NCBI GenBank assembly: GCA_010015585.1
Contig: ML975169.1
Direction: 5' to 3' (one strand)
DNA: 64,000 nt
From: Eremomyces bilateralis CBS 781.70
Taxonomy: Eukaryota
The stretch's first letter is position 1. Each line of letters opens with the position of its first letter. Below, in pieces: positions 25,311-38,467 of this stretch. The notes under the pieces were generated by a model. That model saw nothing but the letters and a program-made list of their open reading frames with translations, was not told where the DNA came from and ran no database searches. A program made the position numbers and the translations under genes.

Positions 25311-26315
25311 TTTCGAAAATGCCGTTCAGCGACGTTCGAGGTCACGTCTTACTCAAATAAATAAGCAGGAAAATTGCCCCGTTTGCTTTGACACAAGATT
25401 GGGATGGCTTTACCGCATTCTTGGGGACTGGGATCTAAACATCAGGCACGGACTTCGATCATGACTCAGGCCTGTTTGAATACAGGTAAACGATGCCCAT
25501 TCTCGCCTGCTGCCTAGCCAATATTAAATGATTCACTTTCAGCGTCAATGTTGGATCTGAGGGGGTACCTTGACGGCCTGCCTGTCCACCAGATTCGCAC
25601 CATTTCACAGCTTTTATATCGCAGCTTCTACTCGGTACACTTTCTTGCATTCACCCACTTAAGATAGCAATATCAGACATAACTGTTTCAACAGGTTGCG
25701 TACCTTTACATAGAATAACTCTGACGAGGTAAGTAGCAGCGAGAAAATCATTTTAACCCGTGAATATTCCAAAAAATCCCTATTTACAGACCAAGGTTAT
25801 TGGCGATTCGAAGTTCGAATAGGAAAAGCCTTCTCCTCTCGACACAGGTTGGCTCTGTTGCAGAGTTCCCGAATGGCGAGGAGAAACCGAAGTCACAACT
25901 GCGCCAATTCTTTCTGACAGTTCAGACAAGGCATCTAGAGAGCAACTGAGGGGAGGGATGCGCAAGATGCGACAACCTTTGGTATATCCATCGTCTAACA
26001 CGTTGAGCGTGGACCGTGGCCCCCAGATGTATGGATAGAGTATTCGATAGCTGTCGCAAGATGCCCCTGTTGGTTTCTACTGCCACCTAACATTCCTTTC
26101 ATTGCCCCCTACCCCTGGGCTAGGCCTAATCAGGACTCTTCAGTCTTCTCCTAACTATGTATTTAAGTTAACTATCTTCATCTGGCTACTAGCTAGATCT
26201 CCTTTCCTAGACAATGGGAGTCGTTAATACCAATTTGCGTTAACTATGACTCTACAGTAACTGAGCTTAAGCAGCGAACGTGCTTAATCATCACCCCGGC
26301 GAAATGCGACAATAG

Positions 26316-28480
26316 CAGTGTGGCTAACGAATACGAATAAATACGATGTTCGAATAAAGACTTGGCACTGTAGAATATTTCCTCATCTTCTTTAGAGAAC
26401 CTACTTTCTAACTATTGATTATTCGTACCATCATGACTTCAGAAACCGATTTCAATTCTTCTTTACTTGAAGCTACGTCCGAGAGCGCTTCTTTAAATAG
26501 CGCTTCTCGAAAAAATCGATCGAATATTCATAACTACTGTTGTACGGTGTCAAAAGAGAGTCATACGACAGGTACAGCAGAAGCATACAAGGCTCTCCAC
26601 GACACAATCCGAAGCCAGCATTCAGAGCTCAATGACGAAATTCTGAAGGGCGCTGTTGATGCACAGGCCATCAGGAAGGCCTTTATCGAGTTGGTTCTCG
26701 TACGAAACCTTTCCTTTCGACTTGTTGAAAATGAGGAATTTCGGGCCTTCTGTTATTCTCTTAATCCCCAGGCGCTTCAAATGCTTCCATCCTGTCATCA
26801 GACTATCGCAAATCAGGCTCGGGAAACATTTTCAGAGGAGAAAGACATCGTACGAAAGGCTCTTCAATCTGCAATCACGCAGATTCATCTCTCTGTGGAT
26901 ATTTGGACGTCTCCAGGCAATCACCTAGTCCTTGGTATTTGTGCTCATTTCGTTGATATACGAGAGCGACGTTTCAACATTCTTCTTGCACTTCCAACGG
27001 TAGCAGGCCACAGCGGATCTCATCGGTGGACTATACTGCTTCCCGTGCTTCAGGACTATGGTATCGTACGAAAGATCGGAGCTATTATTGGCGACAATGC
27101 TGGCACAAATGATGTTCTCTGTCGTACAATCAGTCAATATCTCTCTGAAGAAGAGAGAATCTCCTGGAGCGCTACTCAGCAACATATCCGCTGCCAGGGC
27201 CATGTCATCAATCTAGTTGTTGAAGCGTTTCTTTTTGAAGAGAAGTCACAAATAGATCGAATTGCTTCGTACGAAGAAGCAGAAAGAGTAGAGCTTGAAG
27301 TAGAGGATGAGGATACTAAGACTCAAGAGCTCCCTGAAAAGGATAGGAAAGAAAAGGAGTCTGACATTCGAGTCATCGCTGGTGTTCTTGGAAAGCTTCA
27401 CAACGTCGTTGTTCATATTCGAGCTAGTCCTGGTCGTACGAAGCATTTTGAGGATCGAGCTGGAAGAAGAATTCCTCTTGATAATCGTACGAGATGGAAC
27501 AGCTGGTGGAGCATGCTGGATGTAGCGGTCCAGTTACATGAGACTGTGAGCTGGTATATCACTGAGAATCTAGATTCTATTGATAAGGCGGATGTCCTAT
27601 CACCGCAAGACTGGTCTCAGCTTCGGATGATACATAGTTTCCTTGGAGCTTTTAAATCTGCAACTCTTAAGTTCCAGGGAGGCAATGCAACGCTTGACAA
27701 AGTACTTAATGTACTTGACATCCTTAACCTCCATGTGAAAAGGACCTTGGTATGTCGTACGGGATCTCTGTTTCATTTCTTACTTACATTTTTCACAGGA
27801 CACGCTTCAGAGTAGTCGATCAGCCGCTTCATACAGCTTCAATACCCGAGTCATGCGATGTAAGGCAAAGCTTAATAACTATTACCAGAAGCTCCTCACT
27901 ACTCCACTTTACGCTGCCGCTCTGATTCTTAATCCAAATCGTCGTACTGCATATATCAACTCAGCATGGCCAGATGATGTTGCCTCACAAGCAATCTGGC
28001 AAGCCAAGCAGCTCTGGGAGAGGTACCGACGCGAACAACCATCAGTCTCAGCTTCGTACGAACCCTTCCAAGCTGGTCATCTGAAAGAGCCGCTTGATGA
28101 GTTTGATCGTCTTGCTTCTGAACTTGAAGGAAATTACAACCGACTGAAGAGCCAGGATGAGTTTGAAAGTTATAACTCAGAGCTATTGTACGATCATGTT
28201 GAAGATCCAATCAAGTGGTGGCTAAATCAGACTCGTTATCCACAGCTCGCTGTCTTTGCAGTAAACATCCTCTCAATTCCTGCAATGAGCGATAAAGTAG
28301 AAGCTACTTTTTCTGGAGGACATCGTACGATAGGTTGGGAGCAAGTTCTGCTTGGAGCAGATATGCTTGAGATTGCAGAATGTACTGAGGACTGGAGGAG
28401 AAGTGGGATCACGGTTGACACTCTGTAGTATTTTCATCTCCTTAATCAATTTCAATTGGGTGCCTGTACGAACAAGCTGA
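26316..28480 (+). mobile_element. hAT-superfamily DNA transposon, probably defective; left end visible, right TIR not found
   Basis: Starts CAGTGTGGCTAACG (CAG-type terminus) followed by TACGA/CGAATA subterminal repeats, and contains a hAT transposase. The right boundary is approximate. Confidence 0.75.
26433..28428 (+). CDS. hAT transposase, exons 26433-27749 and 27799-28428; BED zinc finger apparently deleted
   Basis: LSVDIWTS (D1), GDNAGTND (D2), IRCQGHVINL (CxxH), TRWNSW, PIKWW...RYPQL...LSIPAMSDKVEATFS (dimerisation region with catalytic E). The intron GTATGT...TTTCACAG joins the two ORFs in frame. Confidence 0.88.
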
Positions 28481-28627
28481 TTGTTTGACATCTTGTTGAT
28501 AATGGTAGTGATAAGGTAGAGGTAGAAAAGGAAATCATAATAGGTAATTAGCAGGAAATGGTAACTATAAAGATAACATGAAACTTAAAATATATCCACG
28601 CCAGTAAGAATACCATATGGCTAGCGT

Positions 28628-28683
28628 TGTAGACAAATCTCAAATGGTGGACGAATCTCAAAAACTGGTGGACAAATCTCACC
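28628..28683. repeat. Three copies of a ~15-nt TGGTGGACRAATCTCA-like unit, resembling DNA-transposon subterminal repeats
   Basis: tgtagacaaatctca / tggtggacgaatctca / tggtggacaaatctca read directly, preceded by an AT-rich, TpA-rich stretch. Confidence 0.7.
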
Positions 28684-28889
28684 AGCCGAGGCTAGGCACC
28701 TTCAGACACACCTGGAGCCTGAAACAATGCCCCAGGTGCGTCTTGGCAGTCAAGTATTCACTGGGATAGATATAATAGTTAGAACTACGAAACAGACTAC
28801 GAAACATTGTTACGTCCAACCCTTCTCCCATAGCTGGCGACTGAAGATCACGTCTTCTCGCCTTCCAAACCAAGTAGATCGCGCTCCAC

Positions 28890-30734
28890 CTAGTGCTCGC
28901 AGAAAGAAAAGGGCTCGTCTTCAAATGAGTCTTGTCCATGTTAGCCGGGGATATCGGCGCATCGTATAGCTCACTTACCATTGACCAACCCATTGTAACT
29001 TTTTCTCTCCTCCATTAATTCCTCCCGCAGCTCCTTAGCTTTCTCCAAACTGACCGGGAAATCGTCCACATCGTTCACGACCTGCCCGACTAGCTCGGCA
29101 GGGAGGTCTCCAATGCCTCCGTTCTTCAGTAGCTCCTCCGCCCACCAGTCCCGTTGCTGGGGAGGGACGTTGGCCGTCGAGATCACTTTGACGTACGGGT
29201 CTATGAGGAAGAGCGCCACGATCTTCCGATGGCCCGGCTTCGTCCGATCCTGGAGGCGGAATGGAGCCACCCGGTGCTGGAAGATGTTGGGGAAGGCCAG
29301 GAAACGGGACTGGCGGGCGAGGATCCGCCCAACCGGTTGGACGCTAGGGCTTTCGTTCTCGATGCCGTACACTACCTCCACGCCCTCGTTATCGTCCTGG
29401 CCGTATGACTTCCCCGACATGTCAATAGTGTCAGTGTACTGGCGGAACCCTAGGTGCGAATCTGTGATGTTCTCGCAATCGTAGTAATACAACGCGGTAG
29501 CACAAATGTGTTCGTTCACAAAACCTTCGACGTGCCACGAGCCACCCTCGTACTCTGGCTTCTCAGGAGTCAGATGAATGTTCGCAAGCTTGACGATGAC
29601 CTGGACTCCGTTCGGGATTTGCTTGCGAAGATCAACTGCAGGCGGTGGAGGATTCGCTGCGAAGTGCTTCAGATCCTCATCATACGTCTCCGGTTCGGGA
29701 TAGGCGAGAATTCGATTATTTCGCATCCATTCCTCCCGATAGTCATAGTATGCATCCCTGTCCTCCTCATCCGGTTCGTCCTCGGCCGGCTCGTGGTCGT
29801 CCCATTCTCCATTGGGCCAATCGTATTCGATATGATCGATGCGGATACGCAGCCGCTGCTGGTTGTGCGTGTGTGTCACGGAGGAGAGCGTCTCGTTCCA
29901 AAGCGGAATCGCTAGTGCAACGATCTCCTCCAAGATTGGATAGAGCGGTGCATCGTGGGTCGGATGAAGGTTGTTGACGTAGCTTTCAAACTTCACCTTC
30001 CCGCCTGCTTGGAATGACACCTCGCTCGGCAGCCATTGAAACCTCCGGGAAATGAAGCCGTTATAATCCCCGAATTGACCTTTGGGGGCCCGGATGACTT
30101 CGCCCTCTCCACATCTCTTCATGCAGTCCTGGACGCCGACCTTCTCTGCCTCCGTGGGGAACACGCGAGAGACACCGTAAATCAGAGGGAACAGCGACGG
30201 ATGCACTAAGTCCAGAACCTTCTCATCCGAGCCAGGATGCCAGTCCTTTTGTTTCTCTGGGACATTCTCCAGCAGTTTGACGGCCTCGATCAGTTTCAAT
30301 CGCAGCTCTTCCGGAACTAATTCGTCGGACTTTACCACGGAGGCGACAATGTCTAAGACTCGCACGATGCCGGTGTCCTCATGCTGCTTGGCCTTGTTCC
30401 GGAGCTCTGCGATGCAGTAATCGAACATGTCGTCCGTAAAGTTTCGCCCATCGGGGTCATTGTCCACGACCTCACTGCCCCATTTAGCGACAATGGCCTC
30501 GTCGAAGACTTTACGACGCCATTCGGGCTTGTTGGTGAGCGCCTCCATCACACCCAGCATGCTTTGCTCTCGAACGGTCACTGCCGAGGAGGAGTACTCC
30601 GAGAGCATCGCAGCAATCGGGAAGCGGGTCCGCTTTTTGAGCTTCTCCGCGCGATCCAAGGCGGTGAACTGGTCCAGCGGGATGCCGAAGCCCAGATGCT
30701 TCCCATTGTGATAGGCGCGATTTTTTGGCACCAT
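28890..30734 (-). CDS. DUF4246-family protein (putative Fe/2OG-oxygenase-like fold), intron 28978-28931
   Basis: KDWHPGS...VLDLVHPSLFPL, FQWLP, QVIVKLANIHLTPEKPEY, GSWHVEG and FPNIFQHRV motifs. The spliced last exon gives DSFEDEPFSFCEH*. Confidence 0.85.
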
Positions 30735-32295
30735 CTTGCTAACCCGTGAACGGAGACTGGATGATGAACGAGTTGGAAGAGGAGATCGGAAAAAAAGCAG
30801 CTAGCCAATTGAGTATTCGCTGAAGGGCACGCCAGAGCGAACGAAGCACGAGAGACTTGGAAAGAAGAACTGAAAATCTTCGGAAACTCAGCGAGCGAAT
30901 TGACCTACCGATGGATGCGGCACCCGTCCGGAACTATATTCCTTTATACGTGGGCCATCGTCGAAATCTCCCACCTCCAAAGTCCGTCTCGCTCCTGAAT
31001 CGACGACGGTGCTCAAAACGCTGGACGATGGTGGACGTGTTGTGCAGCTTCTGGGATTGGGCAGTGCAGGAGGCAGCAACCACTAGCGGAGTCAAACACG
31101 AGATAGCGCGGCTGTGCAGCCGATTTCCCCTGAAACCTGAAGCCTCAGCCCGGGCTCCAACTACATCGCCAAGGTTGGTGATGGGTTTTATAAAGAGATC
31201 GGTTGGTCTCAAAGATCGGATCTTGGTGGGATTTTCATCTGTGCTCCTTCTGCTGCCTTGCCAGATCACTGACCTCACCTCTTGGCTCTGCGTGTCTGAC
31301 TGTGTGGCGTCCACCCCCTCTTCTTGCGACGGATGACGTGAGAGCATACAGTCAAAAAGAAAGTCGGATCTCCCATACTACCACTCTCCGTTTAATAGTC
31401 CCGACCGACCGTCGCACCATCGATACCGTTGCCATCACCATCATGGGGAGATGGTGGTCGAAGAAAAGAAGGATTCTGGGAGTGGCCAATCCGGACCACC
31501 TTAGCTCTAAGAGTCCACGAGAGAAGAAACACGGGAAAAGGGGGTAGCACGGCTCGTTTCGAGAGCGAGGAGAGAGCGGACGACTGGATATTATCTGTTC
31601 GGTATAGAATTCGTTAAGAAACCGGACACCAGGCTAAGCGACCTCCGACACCAAACTAGCAAGTAGCGAAAGGAAGCGGAACGAAAGCACAGAGCGGTTC
31701 GGGATACGAGGAGGTTCGACGGAGCGTATATCTTTCTCTAAAGACTTGACGAACTCGACGACATAGAGGGTTTAGAGTTAAAGCAAGGCCGAGAGAAAGC
31801 TCTATTAGGTAGTAGGAGCTGGCGTGGCTGGGTAAGCCAGGGACCCCGTTTTCGTGCACCCCCTCAAAACTTCAACAACACATAATAGGACCGATTTTGC
31901 GTAGTTCAACGCCCACCATATATCTTTGTATAGCTAAATTTGGAATTCAAAAGCACCGCACGAGGTGAATCCCCTAGCTATTCTACCTCTATTCGGAGGC
32001 ATGGGAGGGGAGTTGGAAGATTCTGTTAAACAATAGCCTTATGCCACTGAAGTGTCCTGGCGTGCCGCAACAGTTCTTTCATCCATGTCATATGCACGTG
32101 ACCTCCGATTTGGTGGCAACGTCAACTGGTTCTGCCTTCGTTCGGAATCGGATCGAAATGCACCGGCACCTGCTGACATATCAGTGGCCTTGTAGCCAAC
32201 ATGATGCGCCTTCATAGATGTTTCGATTCCACTTCGTCTGGATCGGTCCTCATCCAACTTCCAAGTGATCCTGGTTGAAAGCTGGTGCGATCAGT

Positions 32296-33363
32296 ATGGA
32301 GGACATAGTACATGCACCACAAGAGGGCGACCTGGTCATTCCCGACAGCGACAATACCCTCTCAATCACCATCCACCACCATGGCAAGCCTTACGAGTTC
32401 GCATTACAGGCGTTATCGACTGTAGAAGACCTCTCATCCCATATCTCGACCACTCTCAACATCCCAACCTCCAACCAAAAGCTGTTCATCTCCCCAAAGC
32501 CTGGCATCCTCAAGCCACCCTTTCCATCCACCTCTATCTCTGCCCTCCTTTCCTCCTCCAAGCCCCCAAAGATCACCCTTCTAGCTTCTACCGCATCGGA
32601 AATCGCCGCCGCTGAAACAGCTCTTAAACCGCGCGAGCGATCTACGGCATCGAAATCCTTCCGTCCTACTAAGACCCAGGCCTCCTCACAATCGAGGGGC
32701 ATCACCGCCACCGACTCCGCAACTTACACCTTCGCCACCATCCGACCCCTTCCATATCTTCCAGAACCGCAGCATGCCGAGAAGTATCTCCGCCGTCTCG
32801 CCGACGACCCAGGCATACGGCGCGTCATGGCCAAACATAAGTTCCGCGTAGGGCTGTTGACCGAAATGGACCCGGCCGCGCATACGGATGCATCACACGA
32901 AGGGGTCAGCCGGACGTTGGGACTAAATCGGAATGGCGGCGAGGTTATTGAGCTTCGGTTACGGACAGATGCTGGAGATGGGTGGCGGCAGTACGATGCA
33001 GTCCGGAAGACGTTGTGCCATGAACTCACGCACAACGTGTGGGGACCTCATGATTCGAATTTCTGGAAATTGTGTCGAGAGCTGGAGAAGGAGGTTGCGG
33101 GTGGAGATTGGTGGAAGGGGAGGGGACAGACGGCGGGTGACGGACCTGGGTGGGTTGGGACAGATGAGGAGGAAGAACATGTGGATGGCGGCGGGTGGAC
33201 GGGTGGGAGTTATGTGCTTGGTAGAAAGGGGATGGGCGAGCAAGGGAGTGGGCTATCTAGAAGGGAAATCTTAGCGAAGGCGGCGGAGGAGAGGGCGAGG
33301 AAGGTTAGGGAGGCAGAAGGACAAGGGAAGCGAGACGGGCAGGGGAGCTCGAGTCCATCATAG
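32296..33363 (+). CDS. Ubiquitin-like + WLM-domain metalloprotease (Wss1 family)
   Basis: N-terminal UBL-like segment (LNIPTSNQKL), LGLNRNGGEVIELRLRT, and the CHELTHNVWGPHD HExxH motif. Confidence 0.88.
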   Translation: MEDIVHAPQEGDLVIPDSDNTLSITIHHHGKPYEFALQALSTVEDLSSHISTTLNIPTSNQKLFISPKPGILKPPFPSTSISALLSSSKPPKITLLASTASEIAAAETALKPRERSTASKSFRPTKTQASSQSRGITATDSATYTFATIRPLPYLPEPQHAEKYLRRLADDPGIRRVMAKHKFRVGLLTEMDPAAHTDASHEGVSRTLGLNRNGGEVIELRLRTDAGDGWRQYDAVRKTLCHELTHNVWGPHDSNFWKLCRELEKEVAGGDWWKGRGQTAGDGPGWVGTDEEEEHVDGGGWTGGSYVLGRKGMGEQGSGLSRREILAKAAEERARKVREAEGQGKRDGQGSSSPS

Positions 33364-33701
33364 GGGGTTTGTTCAACTTTGATGCGATTTATACATAGCC
33401 CATGTGTCGCTGACGGTGACATGATATGGCATTCCGTATTTGAGATACCACTGCAGCGTGGGCGTTGGGGTTCCACAAAGATTTATCATTTATGATCATT
33501 ATCATTGATCCACCGCTGCACATGGTCGAAACTGTATGCATCCTTTGATAACTATTCGGGTTCCAACCAGTCCTGAAATACAGCCGTACACCGGATTGCG
33601 GGATTGCTGCGTAGCGCCTAATAATAACACAACTTTGGATATCGTGATTTGCGGAGCGAAGCTCCTTCCCACTCTAACGTAATATGAATTGCTCAAAACC
33701 G

Positions 33702-34277
33702 TTACACCTCCTGCATACGCTGGTGCGGGCCGTTATTCGGGTCGTGGCGCGATGTACGCCAGCAATGCAGCGCGGCCATGACCGTCGTTGCAGCGAAGAG
33801 CGCCCTGTGTCTCTCATTAGCACATCACGTCTTCTACCATTCCAGCACCTCCTTACCAAGAGACGGCAGCCACACCAGTAGCCCCTTTTGCGACCGAGCA
33901 GACGTGTCCCAAGCAGACACGGTTGCCCAAGAAGACTGCCAGCGCGACGAAGCCTGCGAACCAGAATAGCATCGTGACGGACTCGACGGCAAGAATGGCG
34001 TATTTGTGGGCGGCAGCGGGGAACTTGGCAGGAGCCAGTATGAGGTAGACAAGCGCAACGTTGGACCAGATGGAACAGAAGATAAGAAAGTTGATTTGGG
34101 TGGGCGCCATGGCGTGCCAGTAGCCTAACCACCAATTGGAGACTATGAAGTGGTCAATACGGATATGATCATCGGGTAAGGATTGATCATAGACGTACCA
34201 TATCCTGTTAGACCCAAGACAACAATAGCGGTGACGGTCTGGATACCACGGAGCGGAAGGATGGGATTAATCGCCAT
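33702..34277 (-). CDS. MARVEL (membrane-associating) domain protein, 3 exons
   Basis: LRGIQTVTAIVVLGLTGY, PTQINFLIFCSIWS and LAVESVTMLFWFAGFVALA; four hydrophobic helices; canonical introns. Confidence 0.85.
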
Positions 34278-35575
34278 GGTCACTAATGACCCGAACCTCA
34301 AAGACAATAGCTCCGTAAGATGAATGAAATGATCGCAGTATGCTCTGTCTAACTCCAGAGCATGAAGAAGTAACGAATGACTTTGATAAAGCTATATCAG
34401 GGATTCGATTTCAGAACAGAAAAGAGAGAAAGAAACAAACAACTTACAAACCCGAACAGACAGATAGGAAGTGGGCAAATAACGGATGGATCGGATGAAT
34501 ATTAGAAGCCTGTCATATTTTTGTAAGAGCCAGGCATATACAAGGCGAAAAGACATCTCCCGGTCGATGTCAGTTACATGGAAATATAGTTATACGGGTC
34601 CAGTGAGACGATGGCAGCCCCATCCACGTTCCAAACTACAGGGGACAGCCTCGCAAGTACGAGATCCAATACGCGCCAGACCAAGGGAAAGCTCGTTTGA
34701 AGATTTCAAACTCAAACAGACACCCGATGGCACGGAATTTCTAGGCCCACGGATACCGGAATGGGCGGCTCTAGGGACGATTCAAGGATGGATTGAAATG
34801 AACCCTTGCTTTCGATATAACTCCCATTAAACGCCCAGTTAGTGATCAAGGAATTAAAAGAGGTCATACAGTCTACCATGTGCATAATCAACCCAAAATC
34901 AAGCTTAGCTGTGACGAAGAAGAGGGCGATTTGGTGGAGGACGTTACTATACCATATCGCGTTTCAGAAAGTTCAGGAGCCATCCCTGACGCCCCCCGGC
35001 TCGCTGTTGGTTGGTGGGCAACACGTAGATTGAATAAGGCGTAACGTCGAACTGGGGACTAATGTGGTCTACATTTAAATTATGGATGATAACAGATACG
35101 CGAGAGCCGAGATGAGGGAGTGCACGTGGGTGGGAATACAGTGGACGGTGCGCAGGGGGATGACGTTCGGACAATAAATGTTGGGAGCAGAATGAGGCGT
35201 AGGAGATAAAAATTTATCGAAGCTTAGCTTTGATTATCTTATATATATAATGCCTGACAACATAGGCATCAAATCACCTCACTGAAAAGGCAAATCTGAC
35301 CAACGCACTTGCACAGGTGTCTACATTGTCGTCTAGTCTAGTCTATTCGCGCGTGGAGACAGCTAGCTTCGTCAAAGTCAAGATATCATGTCAGATGATT
35401 CATAATACCAACACCGCTATTCCAGAACTCCCAAGTGATGCGCTGCAAGCTCTATGTGAAGAAATATGGTCTATGCCATGCCCGATGCCCAAATAATACG
35501 TCCGATGCGGGCCGCCGCACAGGATTTCTTGTTAGAAGGTCGATTCGTAAATTCATTACATCCGTTCTGTCTCCC

Positions 35576-37141
35576 TTAAGAAGCCATGAATAGTCCCGCG
35601 CCCATCGCCGCTGCTCCAGCGAGAACTTCTTTCCGCAGCGTCGGTGGCGGGGTGGCCTTTGCGGCAGAAGCTTCACTGACGTCGCTTTGGATGCTTGCCG
35701 TCCGGCCCGTACCAGGCGCCACGGCGGCGGTAGAAGGGGCGCCGTCGACGTGGACAGCATTCGGGACACCATCGGAGTCGTTCGTGATGGCTTGGATTTT
35801 CGATTCCGTGGAATTGAAATTGGTGGCGGCGATGGAGATTTCGTTATTAGTGAGATCGTAGACGACATAGGCGGAGCGAAGAAAGGTGTCGCCAAGGACG
35901 ACGGAAGATGAGCCCTCAGACGGAGCAATGCCTAAACCTGGGAGTTAGTACAATGCCCAGACTTGCCCGGAAGGACCGTGAATGGGTTACATACCGAAGA
36001 CGCAGTCATTTGATCCAGGGTCACTGCTACTAGAAAAGATAAGCTCGTTCATCGGGACGGAAATTGTGGGCTTGGTGAATGTAAAGTCGATCGTATCGTC
36101 GCTGTTCGCAAGATCGCACTCTACGAACCCATATCCTTCCTGGGTGTCGTAGGTGACACTATATCGGTCGTAAATCTCATCAACAATCTTGTTCGGCAGG
36201 TAGATCAAGCTGCTGCCCGAGTCTAGAAGAACAGGAACAACTTCATCTTTGAAAATAGTTTTTCCTCCCGATGCCATCTCCGTCAGCCCAATGGCGAACT
36301 CAACATATACACCTGATTGGGAAAGTATCGGCAGTGTATAGAGCTCGCCCTCGTATTTTTCCGTGTCGACGCCACCGAACAAGATGCTGCCGGTGTTGGC
36401 GTCCATATCGTTTAACCACAAGGAGTACGCGTTCGACTGAACAAGACCCTGTTCTTGCAATTTTTGGGGCACATTTGGGTAAGGCTTCAAGCCTGCGCGA
36501 CCAACGGCGACCTCATTGATCGGGTACCCGATGCCGAGGACGCCATTTCCGTTGCTGCTCTCATAGCCAACGCCAAACTGCTGTCCATCCAGGATCGCAC
36601 CGCCGATGTCCACATTGTCCTTCACATAGTCACCCGACGCCCCCGTACCGTCTTGGTACGAAATATCGAACTGGGAATTGACGTAGTGGTACGTTGAGGA
36701 GGCATTCGCATCATACGCGCCGGTTCGGCATCGCCCATTCGATTCACAGAACTCCGATGGTACCGCATTGACCCAAAGATCACTGCTGCCCGTGTCGATG
36801 TGTAGTTGGATTTGTTGACCCGGTGTGCCGATCGTCAAGTTCGCGAGGTATAGCGTCTCCTGGTTGTCAAGAGTGACCTGGTGCGTACCGGATTGTCGAC
36901 GCGCAAGTCGTCGGGATCGAATTTCCTGGTCGCGTTTGATGAGGGTTTTGATATCGTCATCTCGCCGCTGAATGTCGAGTTGCACAGCCGAAGTTGGAAC
37001 CTAAGGGCGAGATGGTCAGTTCCTTGCTCGGTGTGAGCGGTTTTCAACTTGACATACTTCACGTTGCAATAATGTGATCGCCTCCGTCAGCGAGGAGAAT
37101 AATAGCGACGCTGTAGTAAATAGCGTGTTGATATTCCGCAT
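35576..37141 (-). CDS. Secreted, probably GPI-anchored aspartic protease (yapsin/OpsB-like), 3 exons
   Basis: Signal peptide; catalytic IDTGSSDLW and LDSGSS; VLGDTFLRSAYVVYDL; hydrophobic C-terminal tail. Confidence 0.92.
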
Positions 37142-38467
37142 TGTAGATTACAGTTAAATGAAATTAAATGTACGAGGAAAGGAGAGGAAAGCGGAAATGT
37201 GTTCAAACGACAATGACAGCGATACCGACTTGGTCTTCAAGGACAGAGAATAGAAAAGCAGAATCGGAGAGAATATAAGTGGTTTCATGGTACGCGCAAT
37301 GCGCGTGGTTCCGTGAACCAAACTTGCTAAGTAGTTGCTACTATGTATAGCGGTATCTGAGGCATTTTGACGGATATTGATGGACACCTAGATGACGCGG
37401 CTCCAGGCGCTGATGTTGCGCAGACTGCCGTGGCGGATCCGACAGAGCCACCACGGCCAGCACTCGTTAGTCAGAACAGGACATGAAGGCGGCATCGACG
37501 AGTGGCAATAATATGTCATGCTGGTTACAGATCCGACCACCTGTCTTCGGCTCCAGATGCCAAGTTGCTGGGCTGAAATGTGTATCAGACCATGGGTTTG
37601 GATTTTGGGAACCGCATCTTATCGGGAACGTCTTTTATCGGGTGCCACAGGTGACAACCAACTCTTCGGATTGACAGCCAAATTTCATCAAATCCCATCC
37701 GCCATTGGAAGCCTTGATTTTGCCAGTCATTTCTAGAGAGAGAAGCTTCCAATGTTCACCTTTGCCCGCGTAGCGACGAACTAGTAATGCCGCCTAGAAT
37801 ACCGAATTCGGATTGAATCGACGCAGGCGGAGAAATTTGAAGGCCAGAAAGGCCATGATCCCAGAGCAGGAAGCTTGATGGTAATTCGATGACGGCCCAG
37901 AAGGAAATCAAGGGACGACTGAATGAGACAGTAGATGTGTCGTTGGCATGGTGTTGTGAAGTTCTGAAGAGCCAAGAGGACTTGGGAAATTGGAATCAAT
38001 GGAAGGAACTGTGGTCCCGTGCCCGATGTGACCTGTCACAACAGTCACGTGCATTTATGTCATCAATCATGAAATAAAATCTTGAAGTTGAACAATTCAT
38101 CACGCAACAATAATGCGTATTGATATTTGAACTAATTTACGGCATACTTAGGTTTGGTTCATAGCTAGCATCATGTCGCTGAGGTTGAGGCCTTGTCAGC
38201 ATCCTTCACGAGGACTAGCTCAGAGAATGTTGCCCAGCCATCTCAGACGAATCAAACTGACTCAGAATGAGACATCTCATGAGTGGATAGCAACAACCTC
38301 GATATAATCCGGCAGAGAGCTTTCACCAGTGCCACAGGGCAGGTTTGTATGTAACGGTTCATCTTATTTATATGTTCTCCGCGAGTCGTGCTCCCACCAA
38401 CAAAGGCCCATTGTCTGCTACGAAGGCGGAGTACAATACTTTAAGTACAGCTATTCCGTACTTAACC

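Noticed and set aside
28698..28714. CCTTCAGACACACCTG as the right TIR of the hAT element
   Set aside because: Only a gapped match to the reverse complement of the left end, and the 8-bp flanks (gacaatag vs gagcctga) do not form a target-site duplication.
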